From the human T2T-CHM13v2.0 reference genome, Homo sapiens, in assembly GCF_009914755.1 (NCBI RefSeq), contig NC_060937.1: a stretch of 64,000 bases of DNA; one strand, 5' to 3'. The notes beneath the pieces were generated by a model that saw nothing but the letters and a program-made list of their open reading frames with translations, was not told the DNA's origin and ran no database searches. Shown here one piece after another: positions 13,320 through 24,296 of this stretch (position 1 is its first letter; each line of letters starts with the position of its first letter). The position numbers were made by a program, and so were the translations under genes.

Positions 13320-13815
13320 TCTCAGCTCCCCTATACAGAGACAGAGGGAGGGGGGATTCGAACAAAGAGAAAACCCCCTGTGTGGCGGAAAAGTGGCTGC
13401 TTATATGAGGAGGCTGGAGGTTGTGGTGTTTGATTTGCATAGGGCTCAGGGGTTTGGTTTGACCAGGCTTGTCACTCACGTAGCCCATGAAAAAATTGGC
13501 CATCCCACCCTAGCCTTTTAATATGCAAATGCAGTGTGCCATGATGCTCTACACACGTGGGGCTATGTGGGGGTGGCCATGTTGCCAGGCACATGTGGGG
13601 GCAAGGGCAAGAAGAAGAGGGCAGGAATCGCCATGTTTGGGTGGACCCAGTTTCTAATGACTGTCATTTGCATATCAAAGCTTGCCACTGGCTCCAGGAG
13701 CCAGGGCTTTCCTGCTAGACAAGAAACACGTTTCTGGGGCTGCTTTAAAAGAAATGAAAAGGACCCCTTTTCCTCTCTATCTGCCTAAAATAATTTCTTA
13801 GTAACTCCTATAACA
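13320..13815 (-). mobile_element. ERV1 LTR, LTR9/LTR9B-like
   Basis: Minus strand begins TGTTATAGGAGTTACTAAGAAATTATTTTAGGCAGATAGAGAGGAAAAGGGGTCC, matching recalled LTR9-family consensus, and contains CTTTGATATGCAAAT. Left boundary uncertain. Confidence 0.7.
13666..13680 (-). promoter_or_regulatory. SOX-OCT composite motif CTTTGATATGCAAAT
   Basis: HMG-box half-site directly abutting a perfect octamer. Two more perfect octamers at 13433-13440 and 13523-13530. Binding itself is not shown. Confidence 0.65.
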
Positions 13816-14185
13816 CCAGGAGGGATAGAAAGAGAAATGAGAGGTGGTCTTTGTCCTCTAGAAGGTCACAATCTGAAGCAGGAAAAGGATATTCATAAAA
13901 ATAACTGACAAAAGTAGACTGATAAATTATACAAGAGAGAGAGAAGGTATGATAAAACATGGATTCATACTCACTAGAAAGGGTGTAAGGGAAGGTTTCT
14001 TAGAATAACTGAAATTGGAAGTAGGCCATGAAGGATGGCTGTGACCAAATATTATGAGGAATCGGAGAAGAAGGCAGAGTAGAAGGACATTGCAGAGCAG
14101 ATGGACTAGTTTAAGCCAAAGCAGGTGATTGGATAGCTCATAGTGTGCCCAGGGATAAGATGGGGCCAAAATTCATGTGCAGTAG

Positions 14186-14621
14186 TGTCTTAGTCCATTT
14201 GTGTTGCTATAAAGGAATACCTGAGGCCAGGTAACTTATAAAGAAAAGAAGTTTATTTGGTTCACAGTTCTGCAGGGTGTACAAGCAGCATGGCACCAGC
14301 ATCTGCTTTTGATGAGGGCCTCAGATGGCTTCCACTCATGGTGGAATGGAAGAGGAGCCAGCGTGTGCAGACCACATGCTGAGAGAGAAAGCAAGAGAGA
14401 GGGCAAGGAGGCAACCAGGCTCTTTTTAACAACCAGCTCTTGCAGGAACTAATAGAGCAACACTCACTGACTGCAATCCCCCAGTCTCAGGGAGGACATT
14501 AATCTATTCATGAGGGATCTACCCCCAGAACGAAAACACCTCCTGTTAAGCCTCATCCCCAACACTGAGGATCAAATTTCAGCATGGGATTTGGAGGGGA
14601 CAAACAAACCAAACTATAGCA
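14186..14621 (-). mobile_element. MSTB-like MaLR solo LTR
   Basis: TGTCTTAGTCCATTTGTGTTGCTATAAAGGAATACCTGAGG...AAACTATAGCA. TSD AGTAG/AGCAG. Confidence 0.85.
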
Positions 14622-14831
14622 AGCAGGAAATGGCCACAGATGGACGAAATATGGAGGACTTCTAATGCCAAACAAGGAGCCGAGAGTGTATGTTACCTGG
14701 AATGGAGAGCCATCACGGATTGTTCTGTAAAATGGTAAAAACTAAATGGCTGAGTGGAGGAAAACACCATTACTACTATATGTTATAACTAGTGCAAGTA
14801 AGTGCATCTTTCTAATACATGCTAAGGAAGT

Positions 14832-15243
14832 TTTCACTCGTGTCCATGTGAAGAGACCACCAAACAGGCTTTGTGTGAGCAATAAAGCTTTTTAATCACC
14901 TGGGTGCAGGCGGGCTGAGTCTGAAAAGACAGTCAGCGAAGGGAGATAGGTGTGGGGCTGTTTTATAAGATTTGGGTAGGTAAAGGAAAATTGCAGTCAA
15001 AGGGGGGTGTTCTCTGGTGGGCAGGGGTGGGGGTAACAAGGTGCTCAGTGGGGGAGCTTTTGAGCCAGGATGAGCCAGGAAAAGGAATTTCACAAGGTAA
15101 TGTCATCAGTTAAGGCAGGAACAGGCCATTTTCACTTCTTTTGTGGTGGAATGTCATCAGTTAAGGCAGGAACCGGCCATCTGGATGTGTACGTGCAGGT
15201 CACAGGGGATATGATGGCTTAGCTTGGGCTCAGAGGCCTGACA
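14832..15243 (-). mobile_element. Solo LTR7 (HERV-H), 412 bp
   Basis: Reverse complement TGTCAGGCCTCTGAGCCCAAG...GAGTGAAA with its own TSD GAAGT (14827-14831 and 15244-15248). Carries a GACTGCAAT segment absent from the proviral LTRs and ATTAAA instead of AATAAA, so it is an independent insertion. Confidence 0.95.
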
Positions 15244-15319
15244 GAAGTAGTATAATTAGGATAGAACTTTGGCTTATGTCTCTGAATTTAATACTTTTTC
15301 CCGCTAATCCAAATCTAAT

Positions 15320-15660
15320 GGTTATCAACTCTGGTTCCAAAACAAAACTACCTGAAGAATGTTACACACACACACAAATTACCTATGTCTGGATCCCACT
15401 CCTGTAAACTCTGAGTTATTGGGTCTGGAATGGAGCATGGGCATTGGTAATTTTTTAATTCCCCATGGTGGTTCTCATGTTCAGGCAAAGTTAAAACCCA
15501 TAAAGTGTGGTCCTTGGACTCGTAGCATCAGAATCATCTGGGAGCTTTTTGAAAATGCTGAATCTCAGGTGCCCACCCAAACCTACTGAATCAGAATTTG
15601 CATTTTTAACAAACCCCCAGGTGGCTTGCAAGCATATCGAAATTTGAGAAGTGCTTCTGT
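15320..15660. mobile_element. MER5A/MER5B hAT-Charlie fragments
   Basis: AAAGTGTGGTCCTTGGAC...AGCATCAGAATCATCTGGGAGC...CCTACTGAATCAGAATTTGCATTTTTAAC match MER5 consensus motifs. Confidence 0.7.
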
Positions 15661-17678
15661 ACACAACTACCTACCCATTCCCCAACATTGCCAAGCCCAT
15701 TTCAGCCCGAAAAGGGCAGAAGGAGAAGCCCCAAAGATCCAGACATGAAATTGTCACTGAATCACATAAGAAAAACATTAAACTTATCTCAAATTTGCCA
15801 GGTCAGAGCTTCACTACATGATACCAAATGACTGATGAGAGAGAAAAAGGGGAGTAGGAAGGAGCATTTGTTTAGGTGGGAGAAATTCCTGACAGAAGCA
15901 CTAAACCCCAAAATAATTCTGAGGCAGTTGGGGTCCACAGAAGCCTTTGATGGTCGAGAAACGCTCCCAGAGAGGTGGCTGTGACTTAGCGCATGTCCCT
16001 GACACAGCAGCGTAGGCTCGCAGGACAGGAAGCCAACACCCAGAGGCTGCTCCTGCTTCAGCCTCAGCCACGTGCTCCTCTGCAAAGGGCTCAGGGCTTT
16101 CCCCTTCACCTCCGTCCACTCAAGGGACCTTTTATCTGTTGTCATTTTTCCTTGAAGTCATTAAGCTGCAAGCCCCCAATTGCACTCAAGTTCAAAGTGA
16201 AGGCTCAGGACCAGCCCTCCATCTGGGTTGGCGGCACTGGAGACCAGTACACAGATGCAGAATCAAACCTTTAACGGTTGGAAACCATCACTACGCACCA
16301 CCCTGGCTTCAGAAAATGATGATGAAATTGCAAAATTGTGCTTTGTGTTTAAAGAAGATGCCTGGTAAGGAGCCAAAAGTGCTCCAGGGCATGAGAGCCA
16401 GGGAGAGCTGGAAGAGAACACTGCAGCAAGAAAAGCTCGCCTCCGAGTGAAGCCAACCAGCCGGAGCATCACTGCTCACTCCTCAGCGGCTTTCCAACTC
16501 ATTCCCCGAGAACCATCTTGAGATGCAGAATCTCGGGCTCCGCAAGGAAAAACAGATGTCATTGGGGTCTTCAAAGTTAGCCTGTAACCAAGTCTCAGTG
16601 AATTAGGAAATAATTTAGAAGTTTTAAAGTGACAGTTTGCAACAGGGTCCCTTCTCTATTTTATTGACAATAGCAAATCCCCAGGTTACTCCAACAGTGC
16701 AATGCCAAGCAAGGGACTATCTCTCAGAGACCCACTTTCCCCATTTACAAATGGAAACAAAATTAGTACCTTCCTCAAAAGATTATTGGGAAGATTAAAT
16801 AAAATAGTCCAAGTAAAATGCTTTGCATCATATCTGGCACGTAGTCAGGGCTTGATAAGTGGTTGTTGGTCTAGGAAATATCGCTATGCGCCAGTTACAA
16901 TGCCTGGTGACCTGTAGCCAGTCGATGAATGGAAGCTATTATAACGCCATAGCTTTGGCAGCTGTCTAAAGCCAGACACAATCTCTACTCCCTCTCTCTT
17001 TCAGCTGAAATTTTCCAAATATATAAAGACAGTTGTGTAAGCTTCCTGAAATAGAGTACCTGATCAATAAATGTTGTTTCCTTTATTCCCCTAGTGTTCT
17101 CTTGTCCAAGTAAAAATTCCGCATTGCAGGTCATCTTCTTCCAGATGCCCTCTACCAGGTGTATAAATGCCTCTGCAAACAAACTCCCCACACTGAAGAG
17201 AGTTTCACAGATGTGACGAAATGTGCAATAAATACACAAGAACCATAATCCAGCTTGACCTAGAAACAGTAGTTTCCTAATTTGGTGGATCCCTTTTTTT
17301 CAAATATAAAATCAGAACTTCACATTGATCATTTACCTTTCCATTCATGGTTCTCCAATTTAATCTGAGATTATTTGACATTTTTATTCTATCATCCATC
17401 ATGTTTGCTATGTTTTCAGCTTTTTCATCTAGACATTTGAGAGTCTGGTTCTGAAGTCTTCATCACCATTTGGTATTAATTTTGTTCCCATGTCTGAATT
17501 CCCTAATAGATTTTAAGATATTTACGAACAATAATTTCTAGATTTTGTAACATCCTCTAGAGTAGTATATTTTAAATTTTTATGACTGCAACTCAAAGTG
17601 AGAAATACATTTAACATTGCAGCCCAACTCATTCACACCCACAATCTGAAATAAATGTTTAATAAAATAATACTTGTC

Positions 17679-18221
17679 TTTATTAGTCAGGGTTATCTAG
17701 AGGGACAGAACTAATAATATAGATGTATATATGAAGGGGAGTTCATTAAGGAGTATTGACTCACACCGTCAGAAGGTGAAGTCCCACAGTAGGCCGTCTG
17801 CAAGCTGAGGAGCAAGGAAGCCAGTCCGAGTCCCAAAATCTCAAAAGTAGGGAAGCCAACAGTGCAGCCTCCAGTCTGTGGCCAAAGGCCCGAGAGCCCC
17901 TGGCAAACCACTGGTATAAGTCCAAGAGTCCAAAAACTGAACAACCTGGAGTCTGATGTTCGAGGGCAGAAAGCATCCAGCATGGGAGAGAGATGAAGGC
18001 CAGAAGACTCAGCAAGTCAGTTTCTCCCACCTTCTCAGGCCTCCTTTATTCTAGCTGTGCTGGCAATTGACTAGATGCTGCCCACTCAAATTGAGGGTGG
18101 GTCTGCCTCTCCCAGTCCACTGACTCAAATGTTCATCTCCTTTGGCAACACCCTCACAGACGCACCCAATACTTTGCATCCTTCAGTCCAATCAAGTTGA
18201 CACTTAATATTAACCATCACA
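17679..18221 (-). mobile_element. MLT2A-like (HERV-L) solo LTR inserted in an older hAT-Charlie MITE (about 17560-18340)
   Basis: TATTAGTCAGGGTTATCTAGAGGGACAGAACTAATA...CCAATCAAGTTGACACTTAATATTAACCATCACA. The flanks rejoin into a MITE ending GCAAAACACTG. Confidence 0.85.
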
Positions 18222-18858
18222 GATGCCCTCTGATATTGTCCATTCTATAATATTTTAAATTACTATTAATTGTTGGCCAGACTCACCTGGATGATTTTAC
18301 AACCCATTACCAGGTTATGATCCATAGTTTGCAAAACACTGTTCTATAAAACAGCTTAAAATTTTTCCACTACAGCAGGAAGACAAAGTTCATCTATGCT
18401 CTGGGACAGGGGAGAGGTAGCAGTACTGCCCAAAGAAATCTTTTCTTTATCTTTAAAATCCTTGAGAATGTGCACTCACTGCATAATATATTTACATGTA
18501 TTTTAATAAAAGTTAATAGGCTTTTCTCCATTTTTTTCTAGTAAAAATTGTGATCCAGGGAGATGTTCCGTTTTTAACCCCAGGGGTTTTTTTCCCTATG
18601 GCACTCCACCAGGAACCTACTAACAAACAGGTATCCTGGTTTGGGAAGAAAAGCTCCACAGTTCTAGAAACAGGGCTACTCACACAGCCATTCCAGTAAG
18701 AATGAGTCCATTTATTGACAAGTTATCTCCCTAAAGAAAGAAATGTGAGGTAGGATGCAGTAAGTGTTCCATTAAACAAACATTGTTTGAGCTTTTCTTG
18801 GGGTAGGAAGGAGAGATGGGATAAAGGAATGATTAAAGATAGACCAGGAAGACGGGCT

Positions 18859-19330
18859 TTGTTAGGAGGCACTTCTCCATGGGTCTCTCACATTTCTGTA
18901 TATCTTGCCAACAGAGTGGACTGTCTTTTCAAAGATGTTTTTATACAATCAAACACCCTTAAAAAGAATATGCTTGAATATAGAGATTGTGTCTTCCTCT
19001 GGGGCAAAGAGCAGGTTTGTCTACTGTCCAGTATAATTAAAGATAATGTCTCCCTCCAGGAAAGGAGTCAGGCGGGCTTACTTCCTGTTATAAACTGTTT
19101 GGGTTTCCTAAGCTCAGAGTTCTTCTCCTATAATGTACCCACTCAAGTTGCCCTCTCTATGTTTTCCTATGGAAATTCAGGCTTAGAGCCTAAACTGCAG
19201 CAACTCCTGATGCTCTGGCTCTTGCTATGACAGGAATCTCCTATCTTCTTGCAGTATATCTGAAATTGTGGCAGACTAGCTCATTAGCTTGCAGGTAAAA
19301 TAAAATCTCAGCTCCTTCCCTGTTCTTGAT
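18859..19330 (+). mobile_element. LTR40-like ERVL solo LTR
   Basis: TGTTAGGAGGCACTTCTCCATGGGTCTCTCACATTTCTG start and AAAATCTCAG...GTTCTTGA end match recalled LTR40 consensus. Confidence 0.7.
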
Positions 19331-19443
19331 GGCCTCATGTTACTGATTCCAACAGACAAGCTCATGCCTTGAAGTAATAAGTTTATATTTGATTCTTTAC
19401 TTCATTTATTCATACTATAAAAAATATTGAGTATCTAATCAAT

Positions 19444-20242
19444 TGACATGGTTTGGGTCTGTGTCCCTGCCCAAATCTCATGTCGAATTGTAATCCCTAA
19501 TGTTGGAGGTGGGGTCTGGTGGGAGGTATTGGATCACAGGTGGGAGTTCTCGTGAATGGTTTAGCAACATCCCCTCAGTGCTACTCTAGTGATAGTGAGA
19601 GAGTTCTCATAAGGTCTGGTTGTTTAACAGTGGGTGGCACCTTCTCCCTCTCTCTTTTCCTCCTGCTCTGGCCATGTGAGATGTGCCTGCATCCCCTTTG
19701 CCTTCCACCATTATTGTAAGTTTCCTGAGGCCTCCTGTATTAGTCAGTTCTCATGCTGCTCATAAAGACGTACCCGAGACTGGGTAATTTAATAAGGAAA
19801 GAGGCTTAATTGACTCACAGTTCCACATGACTGGGGAGGCCTCAGGAAACTTACAATCATGGCAGAAGGGGAAGCAAACACATCCTTCTTCAAATGACAG
19901 CAGCAAGAAGATGTGCAGAGCAAAAGGGGTAAAAGCCCCTTATGAAACCATCAGATCTTGTGAGAACTCACTCATTATCATGAGAACAGCATGAGGGTAG
20001 CCACCCCCATGATTAAATTACTTCCCATCGGCTCCCTCCCATGACACATGGGAATTATGGGGATTACAATTCAAGATGAGATTTGGGTGGGGACACAGAA
20101 AAACCATATCACCTTCTCAGAAGAAGAAGCCACTATGCTTCCTGCACGGTCTGCAGAATCATGAGCCAATTAAACCTCTTTTCTAAATAAATTACCCAGC
20201 CTCAGGTATTTATCTATAGCAATGTGAGAACAGACTAACACA
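19444..20242 (+). mobile_element. MSTA-like LTR interrupted by a THE1 LTR
   Basis: TGACATGGTTTGG...GACTAACACA with perfect TSD TCAAT (19439-19443 and 20243-20247). Confidence 0.85.
19736..20111 (-). mobile_element. THE1 (C/D-like) solo LTR nested in MSTA
   Basis: TGTATTAGTCAGTTCTCATGCTGCT...AAACCATATCA. TSD CCTCC/CCTTC. Confidence 0.88.
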
Positions 20243-23200
20243 TCAATGGTAGGTAATTCCAAGAGGATGTGGATAAAAGGGTCCAGCATTAGGCAAAACA
20301 TAATCTTTTAACAAAAGACACATAATAAAACAAAGGTCAGTAAGGAAACACAGTAAATAGCCAAGTAGTCAACCGAATAAAGAAGATAATTTCAACATGG
20401 AAGCACTAGGAATAAAGCAATCCAGGAGAGCATAATAGAGAGTGATCGGGGTAGACACGGAAGAAGGATGACTTGAGGCTGGTGATTAATGCGGGCCTCT
20501 CAGAGACAGAAATATTGGAGCTATTGGAGACATTAATAATAAGGTGAACCAGTCATGAGAAGGTCTTGGAGAAGAATATTCCAGAAGTAGCCACCATAGA
20601 TGCCCTAAGGCAGGGAAGAGGATGGTGTGTCCACAAAGAGAAAGGCCAAGAAGCCAAGATGTGAATGGTGGGAGCTGAGGTTGGACAGGTGGGCAGGCCC
20701 AGGTCCTAGAGGGCCGTGGGGGTCATGGATGGAGTCTGGTTACTGTCATCTCTGCTCTCAGTGCCCTTCCTCCACCCCAGGACCCCCACACATGCCTCCC
20801 CTCTGAAAGTGTCTGCCTGGGCACATTCTTGACAGAGCTCCTGGGTGGCTTTCTCAGTGGGAAAGTGAGTGGTAACTGATCCAAGGCTTTAATTTATGGC
20901 CTGCAGAAATATTTGCATTAGTATGAGTGAATCTTTAAAGACTGAGAGTCTATCGGGGTCATCTCTAAAAGTGGAATTTCAGATGCCTGGCATCATGGAG
21001 GAGGGACTTCAGGGCAGATGCCCTCCTGGGACCCTTTCTGTCACACCAGCAGATGGGACAAAGTCCTTCTGGCCCAAGTTTAACTCCAGGATATAGGCAC
21101 TCAGCTCTGTCAGCAAAGAAATGAAAAGTGGCTTCCAGCAGCTTATTTAAAGAGCTCCTGATGCTTCCTAAGGAGCTTTATTTGGCACTCACCAATAGGT
21201 ATTTCCTGAAAAAGAAAAAGAGGAAATTGACCCAATATCTTGTGATGAGGAAAGTCATTAGATAATTATGTCAATTTCTTGCTTCTATATGAAGCTCAAA
21301 AACAGAGTAAAACTCATTTAGTCAAACTAGCCAAATTACTTAGATCTCCAAATAGAGTAAAACTAATTTAGTCAATCTATTAATTTAAAGAAACTGGACT
21401 ACTATAAGTGTAAAGTCCATAATATGATTTAAATGTCTGAAGAAAGGCTGCCTTCTTCTTTCTAGTAAATGGAGTGACTCAAGATTACCGCTAACTCAAA
21501 ATTTCCAGAGTTTCTTCAGAACTTGATTCTACGAATGGAATGTACTTTGATACCACTTCATCTAGACAATGGTATAATTCATGCAATGTATGATTGAATA
21601 TATGATTTTTGGCTCCCTTTAAGTCAACAGGATTCCCATAATCTCATCTTTAGGGGTTGTTTTCTTGGCAAACAAGTTTTTTTTATAGATAATTCAGAGG
21701 TAAATTTGTCAGCCATTATTATCACAAATATCATATTGTTGGTGTCTTCACTGACAGGGTTATATTAAAGTCCTGCAATCATTTCATCACAACTGATGAT
21801 ATCTTGGGAGATTGAGAATTCCTGGAGGAAGGCATAGCTATTTGAATTCTCTGAGTTAGCTATACAAGAAGGCAGCCATTCAGGTGAGCAGTGGCAGCCC
21901 ATTTCAGGGACCTGGCGCAGGTGGGTGAGACCTGAGAGAGTGCTAAGCAGGCACGACATCCACGGACAAGGTGGAGTTGATGGTAAAACACAGCAGCTAT
22001 GGATCTGAGTCCCCATAAGATTCTTCCCAAAGTTCAACAAAGACAAGCTAATAAGAGTTTCTCGAAATGCCTCAATCACAACATTTATGTCTTCAGGTTT
22101 GGATAATGCATTGCTTTTAGGGCCAGAAAGCTCTGAAAAGGTTGGTGATGGGTATTTCCACGGCACGTGGATTTGTGAAACCCACTTGAGCCCAGGCACA
22201 CAGTGTGTGCAAAGCCAGACTGCCACCTACTGACATGCAGCAGGGGTGGTCCGGCATCCTTTTGTTGTTGGGTATAATACAGGTTCTGTCTATTACCAGT
22301 GGTCTACTGACCCCTCTGTGCTACTTGTTAAAACACAATAGAAAAGGAGTAATCATTGCCTTGAGACTTGAATTACATTTTTTAATGGTTGAGAAAAAAA
22401 ACACTCATCCTAAACATATCAAATGTCTGCTAGTGGATCCAAAATAGAAGAGCAACTATATCATGATGAGATTGAGTGGGACAAATATGATTTTATTTCA
22501 AACAACTCCCATATTTCTTCAATATGAGAGGTGAGAGACAACAGACTTGTTTCACTTAATGGAAAACTTCTTGAAGGCAGGAATTATTCTTACTTCTGTT
22601 TTCCCCCTGAACTTGACATCTTTCCCAGTGAATACTAAAGACTTAAAAATGTTTTGTTAATTCAGTGTTTACAATTTTAATAATTATAATTATTAAAATG
22701 AAAAACCAAATCAGATGCTCACGAAAATGCATCAAGAGAACCCTGGGCTTAAATCCTGTCTCTAATAGCTGTGTACCTTGGGCACCTTACTTAACCTCTC
22801 TGATTCTGTTTATTATTTTTAAAATGTAGGTGATGCAAACTATCTCATTGGGTTGATCTATGAGGATTAAATGACATCACGTAGATGGCATGCTTAGCAT
22901 AGTGTTTGGCACACAGTAATCTTTCAGTGAACAGGAGATCATTTTTAAAGTAAAGCAGGCCTGAGGTCCTGCCTGCTACCCGTTGTGACCTGGCTTGGAA
23001 TCCTCCAGCCTCCGCTTTCCTTAGCAGTTTAAAAAGACTCTGCAACTGGCCAGCACCTTGCCCGACCTAACATGTGAGCACAACCCAGAGAGCCGGTGCA
23101 AGGCAGGCTGGGGAAGCAAGAGATTAATTGAACATTTTTCTTATTGTTATTTTTAGTTACAAAACTGCAGGCAAACAGTTTCTCTTCCTGTCGGATAGTG

Positions 23201-24139
23201 CATCTCTGGCTGGAAGGCAGGAACGCAGGTGGGAGGAGGCCTGACCATTAATCATAAGGAAGCAGGGAAGGAAATTGAGACAGGAAATGTCAGCATCAAA
23301 ATGTCCTTACTCTGGGTCAGTCTTAAGGTGCATCCCCAGACCAGCATGTTAAAAGCTGGGGCCTGACTACAAACAACACCAGCGAAGAGGAAACGCCCGG
23401 CAGTAGAATGTCAAACCAAAAATAAATTGGGCATGTTTCCCTTCTAAGGCAGAGGGACTAGCTCCTCTTATACTTGGCTCTCAAATTCTTGCTAAAATTC
23501 CGGGAAGCCGTCTTGAAAGAAAATGCTTTCATATGGATAAACGTCATGGTAAATGCCAAAATAGTGGAGGATGGAGCATAGATGGCTTCATGTAACTTTT
23601 CTGGGCCTCTGTTTTCTAATCTGTGAAATGGAGATAGAATCCCTGTCTTTCTCTCCTCACAGGGCTGTTAGGAAGACCACAAGGATAACGACGGTGAAGG
23701 TGGGGTTGTTGTGACTCTGACAGTTCTTTTGCCCACTGTCCTGATAGAAAATGACAGCCAAAACCTTTACCATGCATCTTGTGTCTCAGTCAACTGAGGC
23801 AGGACAAACCCCACCTGCGCGGGGGGACCTCAATCTCCATTTATGATGGTAAGTCATCGGTTTTCACCAGTTCCCAGGGGCACCCACACTGGTGCATTTG
23901 GTAAGCTCCAGGAGAAAATTTACACCCCTTTCCATTTGATTTTGTTAATAATTGGCTTTTCTAAACACATGTTTCATTTTTGGAGTGAATAAAATGTGTT
24001 AATATTGTAAATTAAGCCCTCAGAGATCAATTAATTACACAAATGCTTGCCTTGTAATAGTTTCTAGCCCTAAATCTTTTATTCCCAATATTGTTTTTAT
24101 CTTCAGATCTTACAGTGTTGCGAGGAGTGATTAAGAACA

Positions 24140-24296
24140 CATGAGTACTAATTCTGTACTATTTGGCAAGTTAGTCTATCTGTGTCTTTGTCTGCCCATC
24201 TGCAACACCTCCAGAATAGGTGCCTCTGCCACCAAGCCTTGCAGAGTGAGGAGGAGTTGACCTGCCAATAAAGGTGTGGAGGGTGCTTCAGGCAGA
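24140..24296 (+). repeat. Composite templated insertion: copy of 24324-24386 followed by copy of 25996-26085
   Basis: 63-bp part has 4 mismatches to 24324-24386. 93-bp part differs from 25996-26085 by 2 substitutions and a 3-bp GAG indel. The insert interrupts a MIR. Confidence 0.9.

Noticed and set aside
13098-13820. CCAGG at 13098-13102 and 13816-13820 as TSD of the LTR9-like element
   Set aside because: I could not match 13103-13320 to the LTR consensus, and a 5-mer match can be chance. The left boundary is left unresolved.
15789-16472. Cluster of overlapping 70-118 aa ORFs with a donor-like CTG|GTAAGG
   Set aside because: There are ORFs on both strands in moderately GC-rich DNA, with no recognisable domain or consistent exon structure.
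23150-23410. Several GGAA/ETS-like motifs in unique sequence
   Set aside because: Short motifs at this density are expected by chance. Chromatin data would be needed.
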